The notes under the pieces are model-generated. The model saw only the letters and a list, made by a program, of their open reading frames with translations, was not told the DNA's origin and did no database searches. Of a stretch of 64,000 bases of DNA, positions 13,867 through 27,719 are shown piece after piece. The DNA comes from Saccostrea echinata (Eukaryota), in assembly GCF_033153115.1 (NCBI RefSeq), contig NW_026889754.1, positions 4,278,001-4,342,000 of the forward strand, read 5' to 3'. Positions within the stretch are counted from its first letter, which is position 1; each line of letters opens with the position of its first letter. The translations under genes were made by a program, and so were the position numbers.

Positions 13867-13934
13867 TATTATTCGAATTGATCTGTCAACAGTAAAAAAA
13901 ATAATTCCCCGCGATTGCGCGGGATTTCATCTAG
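13867..13934 (+). mobile_element. Canonical Helitron 3' terminus
   Basis: Hairpin cccgcg-attg-cgcggg (13908-13923) followed by CTAG|T (13931-13934). Confidence 0.6.
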
Positions 13935-13944
13935 TTGCTCATAA

Positions 13945-14730
13945 AGAGCAGAATTATAGGGTCTGTATCGTCCAGAAGATAGTTAGCACTTCCGCAGAAG
14001 ACACACACAGGTAGAAGGTACACTACGCTCAACGCAGATTTCGTATTTTCCCGCGACACCGCGATGGTGTTTTTGGATGCGTTGTACTACCCAAACATAG
14101 ACTTATCCCTTGGTTCATTGTGTTTGACATTGAGGGAATACTTAACCTCAAAACAATGACGAAAGTGCTAATTTACAGTGGCAAAGCGAAAACAGACCCG
14201 TTTCTGTTAATGTATGCTCTAATGTGCGCGGACATACCTCACCAACGTGTTTTGTTCACCATGATCCGAACAGACTTATTAAAGACATGATTACCTACAT
14301 GGAGGAAATATCCAATACCTGCTAAAGGTTGGCAACTGAGAAAAGGTCTGACGTTCGTGGATTTTAAGAGCAGCAAATTCAACACTGGAGTAGAGAAAAT
14401 CCAAAAATTCGGAAAAAGCAATGGTCAATGCACTTCACCAAATGATAAGATAAATTTCACTTTTACTGTCCTCAAGTCCCAGGCCTCGGATTTAATTATG
14501 AAAAATATGACTTGAACTTAATGAAAAACAACATAGCGAGACATCTTCGTTTACATGAAACCAACAGAATTACCATTAAAAAGAACAATACTTATACATG
14601 TATAAGCAACAACAAACTCCGTCTTCTAGATATTACAAACTTTTTGGCTCCCGGTACCTCCTATGCAAGATTTCTTCGTGCTTATCAAATCAAAGAACAA
14701 ACGGGATTTCTTCCGTATGAACGTTCCGAC
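13945..14730 (+). pseudogene. Degraded exonuclease region of a Polinton/adintovirus-type protein-primed PolB (different lineage from the 46 kb gene)
   Basis: Fragments YPWFIVFDIE (ExoI), CSNV.G..SPTCF, QVPGLGFNYEKYDLNLMK (ExoII), LLDITNFLAPGTSY and GFLPYE. Confidence 0.7.
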
Positions 14731-15521
14731 AACTGGAAGAGGAACAAGAGGCCCAAGAGCCTTAATGGTCACCTGCGTATAAAACAACAATATAGAGGAT
14801 CCGTAGAGTCTAAAATAACTGATAGAAGATTTGCTGCTCAAAAGCAAGAGAAAAAGGATGATTATGATCAATGAAATAATTAGTCTAGTACTGAGCAACA
14901 ATTCATAAATTAAGCTGTAATCTGTTTCCCATGTTGGATTGTTTCCATTAAGTTTCACTTTCTGTTTTGGCTCCAAACTAGCCCAGGGGGTCATGCTTTG
15001 AACAATCTTGAATTTACACTACCTGAAGATGCACACACTAATACCGGAACCACTACGACACGAAGTCTGTCCTCGATTTTTGTTGTATGATTTTTCAGAG
15101 AATTGGTTTCAAATACCATTTTTTTGGAAACATGAAAAAGATTTTTTATGTACTTTCCCATCATTTCAACGTTAACAAAGACTGGAAGTTTGACCCATTC
15201 ATGCTTAATATTCCTTTTGTTTGGCTCTAATAAAGCCATTTTCCATTAAATATATTTAACTGTCATCTTTGAAAAAAAAGATTATCAATAAGCCGTTCAG
15301 TAAAATAAATTAATCAAAAAGATTGAAGATGTAAAATATAACATTTCCGTGAACTTTGAAAATTGAGAAAATATTGTCTCAGAGCGGGGGATTGTCCTCG
15401 CCTTGTAAGCCCTCTTTCTTTATTGAAGCAACTTGTACATATAGAGATGAAATATGACCTGTCGGTAACTATGGCAAGCCCTTTTACTATTTATTCGTAA
15501 AATAAATTTTCACTCAAAATT

Positions 15522-15865
15522 ACAGAGATATCTCTAATTTTAGAGAGATACCTCTTTCACTTACAGAGATATCTCTTTTCCTTTGAGAGATATCTCTTTC
15601 GTTAAGAGAGATATCTCTTAGCGTTAAAGAGATATCTCTTTCACTTAGAGAGATATCTCTTTCACCTAGAAAGATATCTCTTTTTTTCTTTGAGAGATAT
15701 CTTTCCAAGTTAAAGAGATATCTCTCAAAGTAAATGAGATATCTCTCTAAGTTTACCTTAAGAGATATCTCTCAAAGTGAAAGAGATATCTTTCAAAAGT
15801 GTCCAAAAGAGATATCTTTCAAGCAAAAAGAGATATCTCTTTACTGTAAAGAGATATCTCTCTAC
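15522..15865. repeat. Foldback array of ~21-bp units with palindromic core AGAGATATCTCT
   Basis: About 16 gagatatc cores; spacers are T-rich in the left half and A-rich in the right half. Confidence 0.85.
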
Positions 15866-16147
15866 ATTATTTTTATTTAAAAAGCATTTTTAATGACTTC
15901 TCCCTTTACCGGAAGTAAGCTTTATATTCACGGAAATGCATCAAATCAAAACGAAAGTAGAGACGAGAAAGTTAAAAAACAGTTGGTGTTTTATGGTATT
16001 TGTGAGCAAATTACTGACTTGCAGGTGTAACAATGACCCCAAGATACGACACAAAAAGGAAGCTGTCCTTCTACAAGAGCTTGATCAACTGATTTAATGG
16101 AAAGAAGTTCAGAGTAAGAAACTTAGCCGATCATGAAACATTGTAAA

Positions 16148-16310
16148 CGTATCACAGGGGCTTGCTCCCGAAATGTAAACAATATAAATTAAAAAAATAT
16201 ATATATTTTAAAACCCATCGTGATGACTGATACAATTTACTAGATCTACAAATATTTCTTTCTCTTTATTAACATTGTTTACATTCCGGAAGCACCCCCT
16301 ATGATCGTTA
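16148..16310. mobile_element. Small MITE-like inverted repeat
   Basis: atcacaggggcttgctcccgaaatgtaaacaat pairs with attgtttacattccggaagcaccccctatgat. Confidence 0.5.
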
Positions 16311-16701
16311 CCTGCATACGAGTTGGATACCTTATGTTATTAATATACTATCATACTATGGGTTAAAAAAGGTATTACAGAAACAAGTGCCTGTTGAAAG
16401 CGAGTAGACCAATTGATTCTGAAAGGGGGAAGTGACTTGCAGATTTTGGAAATAAATAATCTGAACCTCAAAATGTTGAAAACAAATAATTTGTCCCCCC
16501 CCCCCTTGTGTGTGTGTGTAGGGGGGGGGTTAAAATGTTATGTGAGGAAAAAAATATATATATAATTTTCTGTATTTATCATCTTGAAAATAGTTAGTTT
16601 GTCCTTCACTGGTATGGAAAGAAATAAGTTGACTTGAAAAATAGCCCTCTATCCCCCCTTCTTAGAATGAAATGATTGTTCCCTTAATTTTGAAACATAT
16701 A

Positions 16702-17560
16702 TTTAGCTTTCCTGTGCTGAAGGCTCAATTGAGCTTTGAATTCTGATCTAAATTTGTGGATCAAATGAAAGAAATAAAATTAAAGGTCCCGCTGTCTTTC
16801 AATAGGAGATAATAGATAATTAGTGAAAATTTTATGACATATTTGATAAATATAAATCTTTCTCAAGAACCACTGGGCCAGGTGAGTTGAAACTTATGTG
16901 CAAGCTTTATTATATAGTGTAGATTCACGATCATTCATAGCTTAATTGACCCTCTAGAGTAGTATGGGGCAACAATGGGTAATCAAGTTTTACATTAGAA
17001 TATGTAGGAATTTTTTATAGAATCTTCTCAATCAAGCTAAGGCATAATTGTTCATACTGTATACAGTAAAATCTCATCATCTCAAACTCGATTGGACCAA
17101 GAAAAAACTTTGAGATATCTGAGGATTCAAGATATCAAGGGTATATTACTTAAATAATAAGCAATTGGGACTTCAACATATCCATGGTGTTCCAGATATC
17201 AGTGTTCTCGATACTGAAGTTCAACTGTATTTACATGGAAGCATTAGGTTGTGTATTGTACGTTCAATCAAATTTGTTCAAATTATGACATGGGGGGATT
17301 GGTGGGGCCATTATGAGTTTTACAAAGGAATGTATATATGGAAACAAATCTTTAAAAATCTCTTCTCAAGAAAAATAAAAAGATAAGTAATATTTCTAAG
17401 GAAGCTGGGATCCTCATGTCTCCAGGGGCTAGGGTTGAGCCAGCTAGAACAGGCAAAACAATCAAGTTTTACTTCGGAAGATGGGGGGGGGGGGTCTGCT
17501 TATAAAGAACAACATGGCCATAGTAACTAAGGTGATCATTGTGGCCTTGGGCCTTTTGAT
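16702..17560 (-). mobile_element. Degenerate HINE/Helentron-type non-autonomous element with satellite-like monomers
   Basis: Ends resemble the reverse complement of the box at 20080 (tgtggccttgggcctttt); repeated aatcttctcaag / caagttttac segments. Confidence 0.5.
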
Positions 17561-20077
17561 TTCATGTTTTTCTAGTGCAGTTGCAGACCACTGTATTTAA
17601 TTTGAAAAGATCAGTTACATGTAATGATTAATGAAACATCCCCTACAAGTGTCCAACACACTTTCTGTGACACTTGTCTTTGAATGCGAAGGATGTCCAA
17701 GATTCCAGTGATTGTAACAAGTCAATATGATTACCTTAAAAAGTGTGAGTTAATTTTTACATGTCTATGTATTTTTTTTATTACAACTTCGAAATATGAT
17801 GTTAACAACATTGAAACGTGAAATAGATCAATTCAAAAAGACACTATGTTCTCTTAAAGTCTTAAAAGATTTTTCCTTGTGTATGTGTAGGTCACAAGTA
17901 CAGTCTGCAGAGACAAGCACTTCTATCATTGAGGGAAAGTCTGCATTGTCAAGTTCTTTGCATAGACAGAAAAGAGATAAGCAATGGGGTGTATGGACCA
18001 GACCAGGATTCAAGTCAGGGCCCCCTGAATCAGTAGTCATTTGTTTTACCAATTTAAATATCTGGCCACCAGAAATTGAAGCCACCTGAATGCCCTATAT
18101 GGATCTGTGGAACTCTGAAATATCCAAGTTTTATCAATAAGAGAGGTTTTACTCCACCTATGTCAAGTGACCATAATTTAAGAATTCACTGTATACACTT
18201 CAACAAAACTGCAACCCAAGAAGAAATTATTGTCCTATTATTAATCTTCTGGCTACAGAAAAAAAAAATTACATGTGATGTTAGTATAGATTTTTATTAT
18301 GTTTACTGATACTGTGGACATTATTTAAAACTTGTAGAATATCAATCTCCTATGCAGAGTTGTCATTTGTTCCTCTCTCAGACATGTATGGGCCAATGGT
18401 AGAGAGTGGTAGAATATTTCACATGTATAATATTTTTACACAATACATTCAATTTAATGGCAGTCAAGTTTATAACATAAGATTTTTGTGTTTTCTTTTT
18501 CCAATTCTAGCTCCAAAACTCAAGTATAAGTTTCATTTTTCATTCATCTATAAGTAATATAAAATTTTTGTCTTTTCTTTCATTTTCTTTTCTTTATGTT
18601 GTTCATATTTACCTTACATTTTTTTGAGTGAGGGCTGAATGAAAAGGCTGACTGTAGCCCAAACCCTGATTTCCTATTGAAGAAGCATTGGAAGTCTGTG
18701 CCTCATGCATAAATTGAATATATGTGTGATGGCCTTGACCCAAGGTTATTTGATGAAGTTTGAGGTGATTTTATAAAATAAAAATTTATAAAAATCTATA
18801 ATTCCTGTTTGACTATATCTTGCAATTGAGAACATTTAGAGGCTCATACTTATCGCAAATATTGAGCATGACCTGCGGTTATGACTGATCTTAAATCAAG
18901 GTCATTTTTAAGCAAGTTCAGGGTAACTTGCAGAAAAAGTGTATAACCTTTGTCAAATGCATAATTTGCAAATGATACTTAGCTTGACACAAAGATTGCT
19001 TATGACTAAATGGTGTTTCATGACCTTATCTAATGTCAAGATTACTGGCAGTAAATGTGTGAAATTTGTTTTCATTTCATAACTCCCTCATGGATAAATA
19101 TTGAAACTGGAAACTTCAAAGACTATTTGTTAGCTGAAAGTACATCATAATCTTTACCCATGATATTGTGGCAAGTTCAAGGTCATTGGCAAAAAAAATT
19201 GCTCATGCCAGGTCCATAATGTCTTAATGGAGAAACAGTAAATATCTCCCTTCTATTTGAAGATTTATGATGAATAGAAGATGAATCTTTTCTTTCTTAA
19301 CCAGTATCATTTTGGCAAGTTCAAGGTAACATTTAGAAAATTGATATTGGCATTTTCAGAAAAAAAAAATGTATAGGGGGTATAATGTTGGAGTTTGTTC
19401 ACAGTTATTGAATTATATAGGCATAGTTCAATTATAGTATACATGCAGGTAGAATCCATAACAATTCAGCCATAAGTGGAAGTTATTTTTGAATCCTTAA
19501 TGATAGAATTTTTGCAGATTTAGATTTTACGGACTTAACTTGGGAAGACCTCTTAAATAAAAAAAAAGACACATAAGTATAAGCATCAGGGCGACTATAC
19601 TTTATGATATTACAATTTTTCATAGCATGTATTACCAGTACACAAAAAAACAAGTATTGGTATGTACATGTAATAACCTTTTTATCTTGAATTCAAATAA
19701 AGATATTGAAAACACTGATACATTGTTTTACTGACTTGGGAATAAATTGCTTTGTCATTGTTGAAATGTGGATACATGCATATACACGGTACCAGTAAGT
19801 AATTAAACTTTTTAAAACAATTTTAGACATTTAAAAACAAGTAAATGTGGAGAGAGTGTAGAAGTCTGTGCATCACTTTTCTTGGCCTGGAATTCTTCAA
19901 ACAGGACAGGATAGGTTTGGTAGGACACCCTCAGATTCTCAACTTTGTTTAGGTAGTTGCTTCTTGTGATTCACCTGTGAAATTATTATTTCAAAAATAA
20001 ATATAACAAAATGTAGTAATGTAACTGATCATTCAATGTCAAGCTAAGCAAATAAAGGGATAGATAATATAAAATTA

Positions 20078-20895
20078 AAAACAAGAGGCCCAGGGGTCAC
20101 ATTCCTCACCTGAGCACTATGGCTAGGAAAAAGCAAAAATCAGTTTAGTCTTGAAAGTTTGAAAATAATATAAAAGTGGTTCCGGGGGGGGGGGGTATGA
20201 ATTGAACAAATTTGAATCTACATTACATGAGGATGCTTCCATTTAAATATGACCAATCATGGCTTTGCTGTTCTTGAGTAGAAGATTTTTAAAGATTTTT
20301 CCTACGTATTCCTATGTAAAACTTTGGTCACCCATTGTGGCCACACCCAACCCCCAGGGGTCATGTTTGAACAAACTTGATTCTACACTAATCTAAGAAT
20401 GCTTCAATATAAATATGACCAATCATGGCTTTTCTGTTCTTAAGAAATAGTTTTTTTTAAAAAGATTTTTACTATGTATTCCTATGTAAAACTTTGATCG
20501 CCCATTGTGGCCCCACCCGACCCCCAGGGGTCATGATTTGAACAAACTTGAGTCTACACTACCTCAGGATGCTTCAATGTAAATATGACCAATCATGGCT
20601 TTGTTGTTCTTGAGAAGAAGATTTTTAAAGATTTTTCCTATATATTCCTATGTAAAACTTTGATCGCCCATTGCGGCCCCACCCGACCCCCGGGGGTCAT
20701 GATTTCAACAAATTTGAATGTACACTATCTGAGGTTGCTTCCACATAAGTTTCATATTTTCAAGCACAGTGGTTCTTGAGAAGAAGATTCTTTAATGATG
20801 CCATTAATTTTTCACGAATTCATAATTATCTCCCCTTGGAAGAAGGCGTGGCCCTTCATTTGATCAAATTTGAATCCACTTTACCCAAGGATGAT
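20078..20895 (+). repeat. HINE/Helentron-associated satellite, ~166-170-bp monomers (Cg170-like)
   Basis: Start box aacaagaggcccaggggtcacattcctcacctgagc; aaatatgaccaatcatggcttt recurs at ~20245, 20411 and 20581. Confidence 0.8.
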
Positions 20896-22044
20896 TATGA
20901 TTATGATTAATATATTTTATTAATATTTAGTCATGCAATCAGTAAGAATAAATACCTGTTGGCTTTCTATTCCCTTAGGAATACACCAGGTCTACAGCAC
21001 AGTCCTAAGTTAGCTTAGTGTATATTGATCAATCTCAGCTTTACACTAGCTGGCATTATGACAAAGGAGGGGGCACAACTCAGATGTCTCAACCTGCAAC
21101 ACACAAATCATTTGAAGTGACCTGTTTTACACTATATCAGAGATAAAAAAAAAATAGCTCCAAGTCATGGTTACTTTATGGAAGGTATACTCAATGAATT
21201 GTGCCACAGTCACTGAAACTGCTTTCTGTCAATACCAAACAGCCAATTTCTGGCATAAAATTATTTACACCTTTTGCATTTAAATAAAATTGAATGAGTA
21301 GTGATTTGGAATATTACTGGTATGTACCCTAAATGACTGCACTGAACCGTAAACTTTGCTTAATTTCAGAAATATTTGATTTCAAAAATATAAAAAAAAA
21401 TCTGAGGAATTATCAGAGAATGTACATGTACCATGATAGATTAATATTGCTGGGAAATGAAAACAATGACCAAAGGGCAAGGATTTTATTTTACAAACTA
21501 GATGTGTGTGGTAACAGCACAAATGCCCCCGCAGACAACCAAAATTTCAAATTTCAATTGCAAATTGCACATTTGTAGCCACTATATGCCCCCCCCCCCC
21601 GACCATTTTATGGCGGGGGCATAAAAATTCTGAAGATTAAGGAGTACCTATATTCTCCTACATTTCAGATGACAAGGAAAATATTTCTATTCTGCAAATT
21701 ATAGGAAAAATTAAGGCAAATTTTCAAACTTCTAAAAAAAAAACAAGTTCAAGCTATAGATTTCCATAAAAGAAGTGTTGAAATCATGACTTGGCAATCC
21801 ATTATTATAATTTTTATTTCCATTTCACACAATAGAATTTGCGTCAAAATCAAAGAATGTCTTGATCCCTTTCCTTTAGTGAGAGCAGAAAAAATTAAAA
21901 TTAGACCCAACTACATCGCAATGTGCAGCAATCCTGTTGGAGCGGAATAAAGATCTAATTTTAGTTAGAGTGAATTTATTTAAATTTGTTAATTTTTTGT
22001 GCGATTTATTGAAGGATAATGACGAGCGCATATTATTGATCTTT

Positions 22045-22342
22045 GCAATCAATAGGTCTTGTCACAGGTAATGCACATGTCAAATATGAATGCCCTATCT
22101 CTTTTCAATCAAAAGTTATAAGCAAGGATACAATTTTTGAAAAGTAGGCCAAACCTCAAGGTCAAGGTCACGGGGTCAAAAATCATAGTATATTTGGAAA
22201 GGTCTTGTCACAGGTAATGTACATATGAAATCCCTATCTCTTCTCATTCAAAAGTTATGACCAAGGTTAAAGTTTTTGTGACTGACAGACGGACGAATGG
22301 GATTAAATGTCCCTTCGCTTTCGCGAAAGAGGGGGACAATTA
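22045..22342 (+). mobile_element. 3' part of a HINE-like element
   Basis: Two ~146-bp monomers (ggtcttgtcacaggtaatg at ~22056 and 22201), GACA/GACG microsatellite, terminal hairpin tcccttcgctttcgcgaaagagggg. Confidence 0.65.
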
Positions 22343-22741
22343 ATATAAAGACATGCAATGGTGAGGGGTAAGTTACAACCCACCTGAGCTGTGGACCTCG
22401 GATTTGACAGGTGTCGGTAGACGTCTGTATGGTTCCAGGGTAAACTCACAACTAACTATTGTTGGGAAGTAAACACTTGTTGTATGAAATAAACTGTATC
22501 TCAAACCCGACCTATTTTGTACTACATTCCTCTCCAATTTAACTAAATCCAAACTATGATACAAATCAGAATATCCGACTTAGTGCCATTTAAATATAAA
22601 AATAAAAGTTATATTAAGAAGGATAAAATATAATTTTAAAATCTTCACATCTATTCAAGTAGCATTTGTGGAACATCTCTAAAACCAGCTTAATTTTCTT
22701 CATCTGTCAAATGTACTAGTATCTCTCCTGGAAAGTGGTAC

Positions 22742-23090
22742 TTTTTATACGCCCGTCTTTAGACCGGACGTATTATGTTATGGCGTTCATGTCCGTCCGT
22801 CTGTCCGTCTGTTAGCTTTTCTTGTGTCCGGCTCATAACTTTAATACTATTAGGCCTAGTATTATCAAACTTTGTCAGCTGATACTTCTTGGGTAGAAGG
22901 TGTGTAACGCACTAAAAGTAGGTCGCTCTGACCTTTCATTAAGATGCTATGGCCAAATATGGAAAAATCCTGTCCGGCCCATAACAAGAAAACTATTGGA
23001 CTTAGAATCATCAAACTTGGCTAATTTATGCATCTTAGGTAGAAGGTGTGTCGCTACTTATTTCAAGGTCACTGTGACCTTTAATTTAAG
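22742..23090 (-). mobile_element. HINE-like non-autonomous element end
   Basis: Terminal hairpin (cgcccgtctttagaccggacg), GTCC/GTCT microsatellite and two related monomers (tgtccgg..cataac, atcaaactt, ggtagaaggtgtgt). Confidence 0.55.
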
Positions 23091-25379
23091 TGAAATTAAA
23101 AAAAAACTTTTTTACTATTAGATTACACAATCCCAAAAAATGCAAGAGTGTTGCAGTATCCTTATTAAAAAAATGTTAAATCAAGAAAATACTTATTTTT
23201 CTCATTATGTACTTTACAGCAATCTATAACAAGTGTAATGTTACAAGAGAAATTCCACCTCTCCCATGGGTGTAATTATCAAGCACTGGTCAAGGAGAAT
23301 TTGATAACAGAAAATTGCACGTCAAATTAGAGAGAAATTAATGAGTTTAGTGTGAGGAGCTAACTAGTAGAGCATCTCTGATCAAGCAGGTGTTATCTAT
23401 ATCTCTTGGGAACTGGTCAAAAAGAATCAGCCCTGTTGGATTAAATAGGTGGCTAGCCTAACTTTTAAAATGAATTTAGTGAAAAATAATTAAAACTTAT
23501 TTGGTATTGTATAATAAATTAATTTGATGTTGTATAATAAACTAATTTGATATTGTATGATATTGTAACAAACTAAATTTTGCCCTTAAGATACCCCTAT
23601 CGTGTGATAATAGATATTGGTCTTTATCCTGTGGGGAGCCCCTCGGTTAGCAATTTTATCTACCTGAGAGCTCGTGTTCGGGTAGTACCCAGGAAGTTAT
23701 AGCCACGATTAGACCTGTTTGGCTTGTTCTGAAGTAGCCGGGGCGGGTGCTCAAAAGTACATCAGGTATTAACGGGATTGAAAATGTAATTTGTAAAATA
23801 TGTTTATATAGTTAGAATCTACATATTTAGTATGGTTGTTTTTTTAACTATTTTTCCCCAGGGTCCTATTTCCTCGGGCTTTCGTCCCGTTTCTAAAATG
23901 ACACAGGTATTGGGCGGGGTACTTAAATTCCATTGATACAATAGCCAGTCCAGGGCGAGAGGGAGAGTCTTGGTTATGCATTTTCAACAGCACATATGAG
24001 AGAGAGTCAGATACGGCAGCCCTGACGGACAACTCGGGACCAGCATTTATAAAGTTATGTGTTCAAAAGAATTCCACTCTTTGAAAATTATATTGATTAA
24101 ACCAAAAGAAAATCCACACAGCATTATGAAAGTTTAGGAACTAGTGATTTATGTGTTATTTGTGAATTTATATTCAATGTTTCATTTGTGAAAATTACGT
24201 ATGAGGAAATTCAACACCAAAATTCTGAAAATGTTAAGCAGAGGTGCTGTGATTAGTTAACCCTACTTTCCAGGACACTTCCTAGGACGGTCTGCAGATA
24301 GACATTTCATTTCTATTATTTTTAATTATTTTGTAGTAAAAAGTTATTTTTGTTTTGTTTATTACATTTTGTTCAAATTTCAGTTTCAGGTTTCCTTGTT
24401 TTATTCGGGTTCTAAAGGTGTATAACTCACATCTCAACAGATATAATTAAAACTAATTATACTCGGGAGGGGGGGGATACTGGAATCAGCATGCCCGTTG
24501 TCCATATGAATTGCAGCTTAAAACCAGTCTGACATTAAATATAAAAAAAAAATTAAGTATTTAAAAAAAAAAAATGTTTTAATTATGGTAGAAAATCCCT
24601 ACACATCTAAGAGTAATGCAGGAACCTTATTAAAAATGTTGCATCAAGATTACCGGGGTACACAAGTTTTTTGTTTCTTTTTATAAATATTTAAAAAATC
24701 TTTGTTTTCAAATTTAATTTCAGAATGACATAAATATGCATTTTTTATTGCACTACAAAGCATGTATAGATCCATTCATCCGTTGGGAGTAATGAGTGGA
24801 CATGCATCCAGTTAAAGATTAATTAATGAGTTCAGTGTAGGGAGGCTAGCTGTCTCAATCATTTCTTATAGCATATGTCATTTGATGGCCAGCCTTTTAT
24901 TTTTAATATTAATTTGATATTATAGATTAAGTTGTTAAGACTAAATTGATATTGTTTAATATGATATTTTTATTTATTTTTTTAAAATATCAACTAATTC
25001 AGAGCATCATGTCTCACAAATATGAAAGCTGGGTGGGTGGGGGGGGGGGGGGAGGGGGGCTGCAGATGGGCATTTGTCAAGCTCTAACACAACCAGTTGA
25101 GGATCTATAATGTAATATTTGTTATAATTAATGCCTACACCACAGGAGATGTATACACATATATTAAAAGGAATGGGAAAATCCTTGAAAACTTTGTATC
25201 AAGGTTGACACGATTTTCTTGCACTCTAAACTGTTTATGACAATTGAACAATACTTGACGGGCGTATCATGCTGTGGCGGGGCACTTTATTTTTTTACCG
25301 ACCAATTGATTTATATGAAATATCACATTCTCTTTTCTTTCCTCCTCTTTTAATTCAAATCTTAATTCACATACTCCTA

Positions 25380-26010
25380 TTCAGAAGGTATGGAATGCCA
25401 TAAGACAAATAAAAGGCAAAGGTTCCAATGAAAAACACCAGCATCTTAATATTGGAAATCAAATTATCACGGATAAAACAGAAATAACCAATAAAATATC
25501 TGAAAAAATTGCTAAAAATTCAACTAAAAACATGTGTTCTGATTTTATTACATACAAAAATTCACAAGAAAAACATACATTAGATTTCACGTCCGATCAC
25601 AACGAATCTTATAATGAACAATTTACTTTTGAGGAATTGCAAAAGTCTCTTGATAAATCTCATGATACTGCTGTAGGACCAGACCAAATTCATTATCAAA
25701 TAATTAAACATCTGCCAAAAAAAAAAAAAAAAAAAAAACAGCAAAGAATGTCTTCTGCAAATTTTTAATTTGATCTGGGAAGGAAGTGATTTTCCACCAG
25801 CCTGGACGCAAGCAACAATTATTCCTATTCCAAAACCTGATAAAGATCACAGAAATCCAAACAATTATAGACCTATTGCTTTAACAAGCTGCGTATGTAA
25901 ATCCAAGGAGAGGATGATCAATGAACGCCTTTTATGGTTTCTTGAAACCAATAATATTTTAACAAATATCCAATGTGGTTTTCGAAAAAAATGAAGCACA
26001 ATTGACCATT
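25380..26010 (+). pseudogene. Non-LTR retrotransposon ORF2 fragment (I/Nimb-like), RT N-terminal region
   Basis: KVWNAIRQIKG, TAVGPDQIHY, IIPIPKPDKD..NYRPIALTS and QCGFRK motifs; frameshifted at an A-run and truncated. Confidence 0.85.
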
Positions 26011-27719
26011 AACCAAGGGATCATTCAATAAAAGAATATCAAGTCATAGATTTCAGATAAATAATGGGGGTAAGCAACTTTTATACAAAGATTTTAATTT
26101 ACCTGATCATTCTATTTTGTCAATGAAAGTTAGAATTCTAGAAAAGATTTACCACCGCACAAACAGTCCATCACTGAGTACACCTTTCCATAGACAACGA
26201 GAAGAATTTTGGATAAGAAAGCTAGGGACAGCCTTTCCCTATGGATGTAATGACAATGTCGATAGTGTTGGAAATCTTTCCAGTCCACAGTGTAACAATG
26301 TAAATGTGATGGGACTTTTTAACACAGAGACGTAAGCGTAGTCATGGGCATCGGTCTTATAATAAACCTTTAATACACGATGTCTCTTTTACTTCATTAC
26401 TACCTTACGTAAATCAACAGTTAGGTCTACATCATATTCGCACCAAACTTTACTCTGTCCCTTTGAAACTTTTAAATAGTCTTCTTGAAAAGGTCAAGGA
26501 AAATCCATTTTTTTTATTCCTTAACACCAGAATATAGGCTCGGATTTGTGATTATGGATATTGCAAATCATAGGCTTTTTAAACCCCCACGTTTTACTGA
26601 GGAATATGCAGCTAAAACAATCCGTTTTTTCCTTAAACTTCAATATGCCAACAAAGAAATTGACGCGGTTAATATATAAAGTAATATTCTTAATCACAAA
26701 AGGGTCCAGTCTTGTATTCCACCATATTTCAAGTTAAAGACTACACCTTGTATTTCCTACAAATATACATCGACTATTGCTTCCAAACTTTTTAATTACA
26801 AGAAAACTTTACAGGGCCTGGATATCGAATATCTGAAACATAATCCTCCATCGTGTTCATGTTCTTCTTCACCCTATAACTATAGTCCTGCTGGACACGT
26901 TATTACTGGTGACGTAAATATAGTTAATAATGAGAACCTTAGATCACTAATTTTAAAAGGTCCTAAATATAGGGAACCCCGATCCTTCAACTGGCGTCGG
27001 AATTTCATAAATATTATGGATTCTGTAGAGGACTACGCTAGGCGATGGGCCAGACATGAAAAAGAAGACCTTGACATTTTGTCAGAATGGATTAAATGTA
27101 TCAGATGTATGTTAAAATCGCGCATAAAAAGATTGAGGGGCAATATGAGGCCAAAATAAAAAATACCTTTGTTTCCCCTAACGCGACCGACCCACTTAAA
27201 TCGTGCCGACTGAAAAGTTTTTTTAATAAGTTATTTGAATATTTTTTAAAATTGTTTATCAAATTTATAAAATACAACTTCATCAAAATCCGTTTTTCTA
27301 TCAGAACGGCGGCTTTTGTTTTACTCTCATTTGGTGCCGACAACATGTTGCCACAGAGGGTTCGTTCGTGTTATAAATCAATGGTGACGAATCAATCTTA
27401 TTATATCTTTAACTTAGAATCCTACACTATTGAGACATCTCGTGAATTAATGTACCATGACTAAGGAGTGTCAAGATGGTATTTAAAAATGTGTCTTCTA
27501 AAATTAACGTACGTAGTAAGGATAGCAAAGCCTGGCTCATGAGTAGATGAGGGGCGCTCCTTGTGAATACATATCAATAAATTTCACTGCATTTGATTCG
27601 TTTCGATCTAATAAAGTTTATGTATGATCCTTTTTTTACTACATAGGACCATAGGAGTTGTAAATATGTCTTTGTATGATTATTTCATTGATAAATATAA
27701 ATCAGGTGTTGTTTCTTTA

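Noticed and set aside
15522-15865. CRISPR array, or the 62-aa ERDIS-repeat ORF
   Set aside because: Spacers are ~9-10 bp and low complexity; the ORF is a by-product of the repeat.
19840-22560. Possible minus-strand exons (~19840-19975, ~20955-21120, ~22375-22560)
   Set aside because: Splice-like edges exist, but I could not assemble a consistent frame or recognise a domain.
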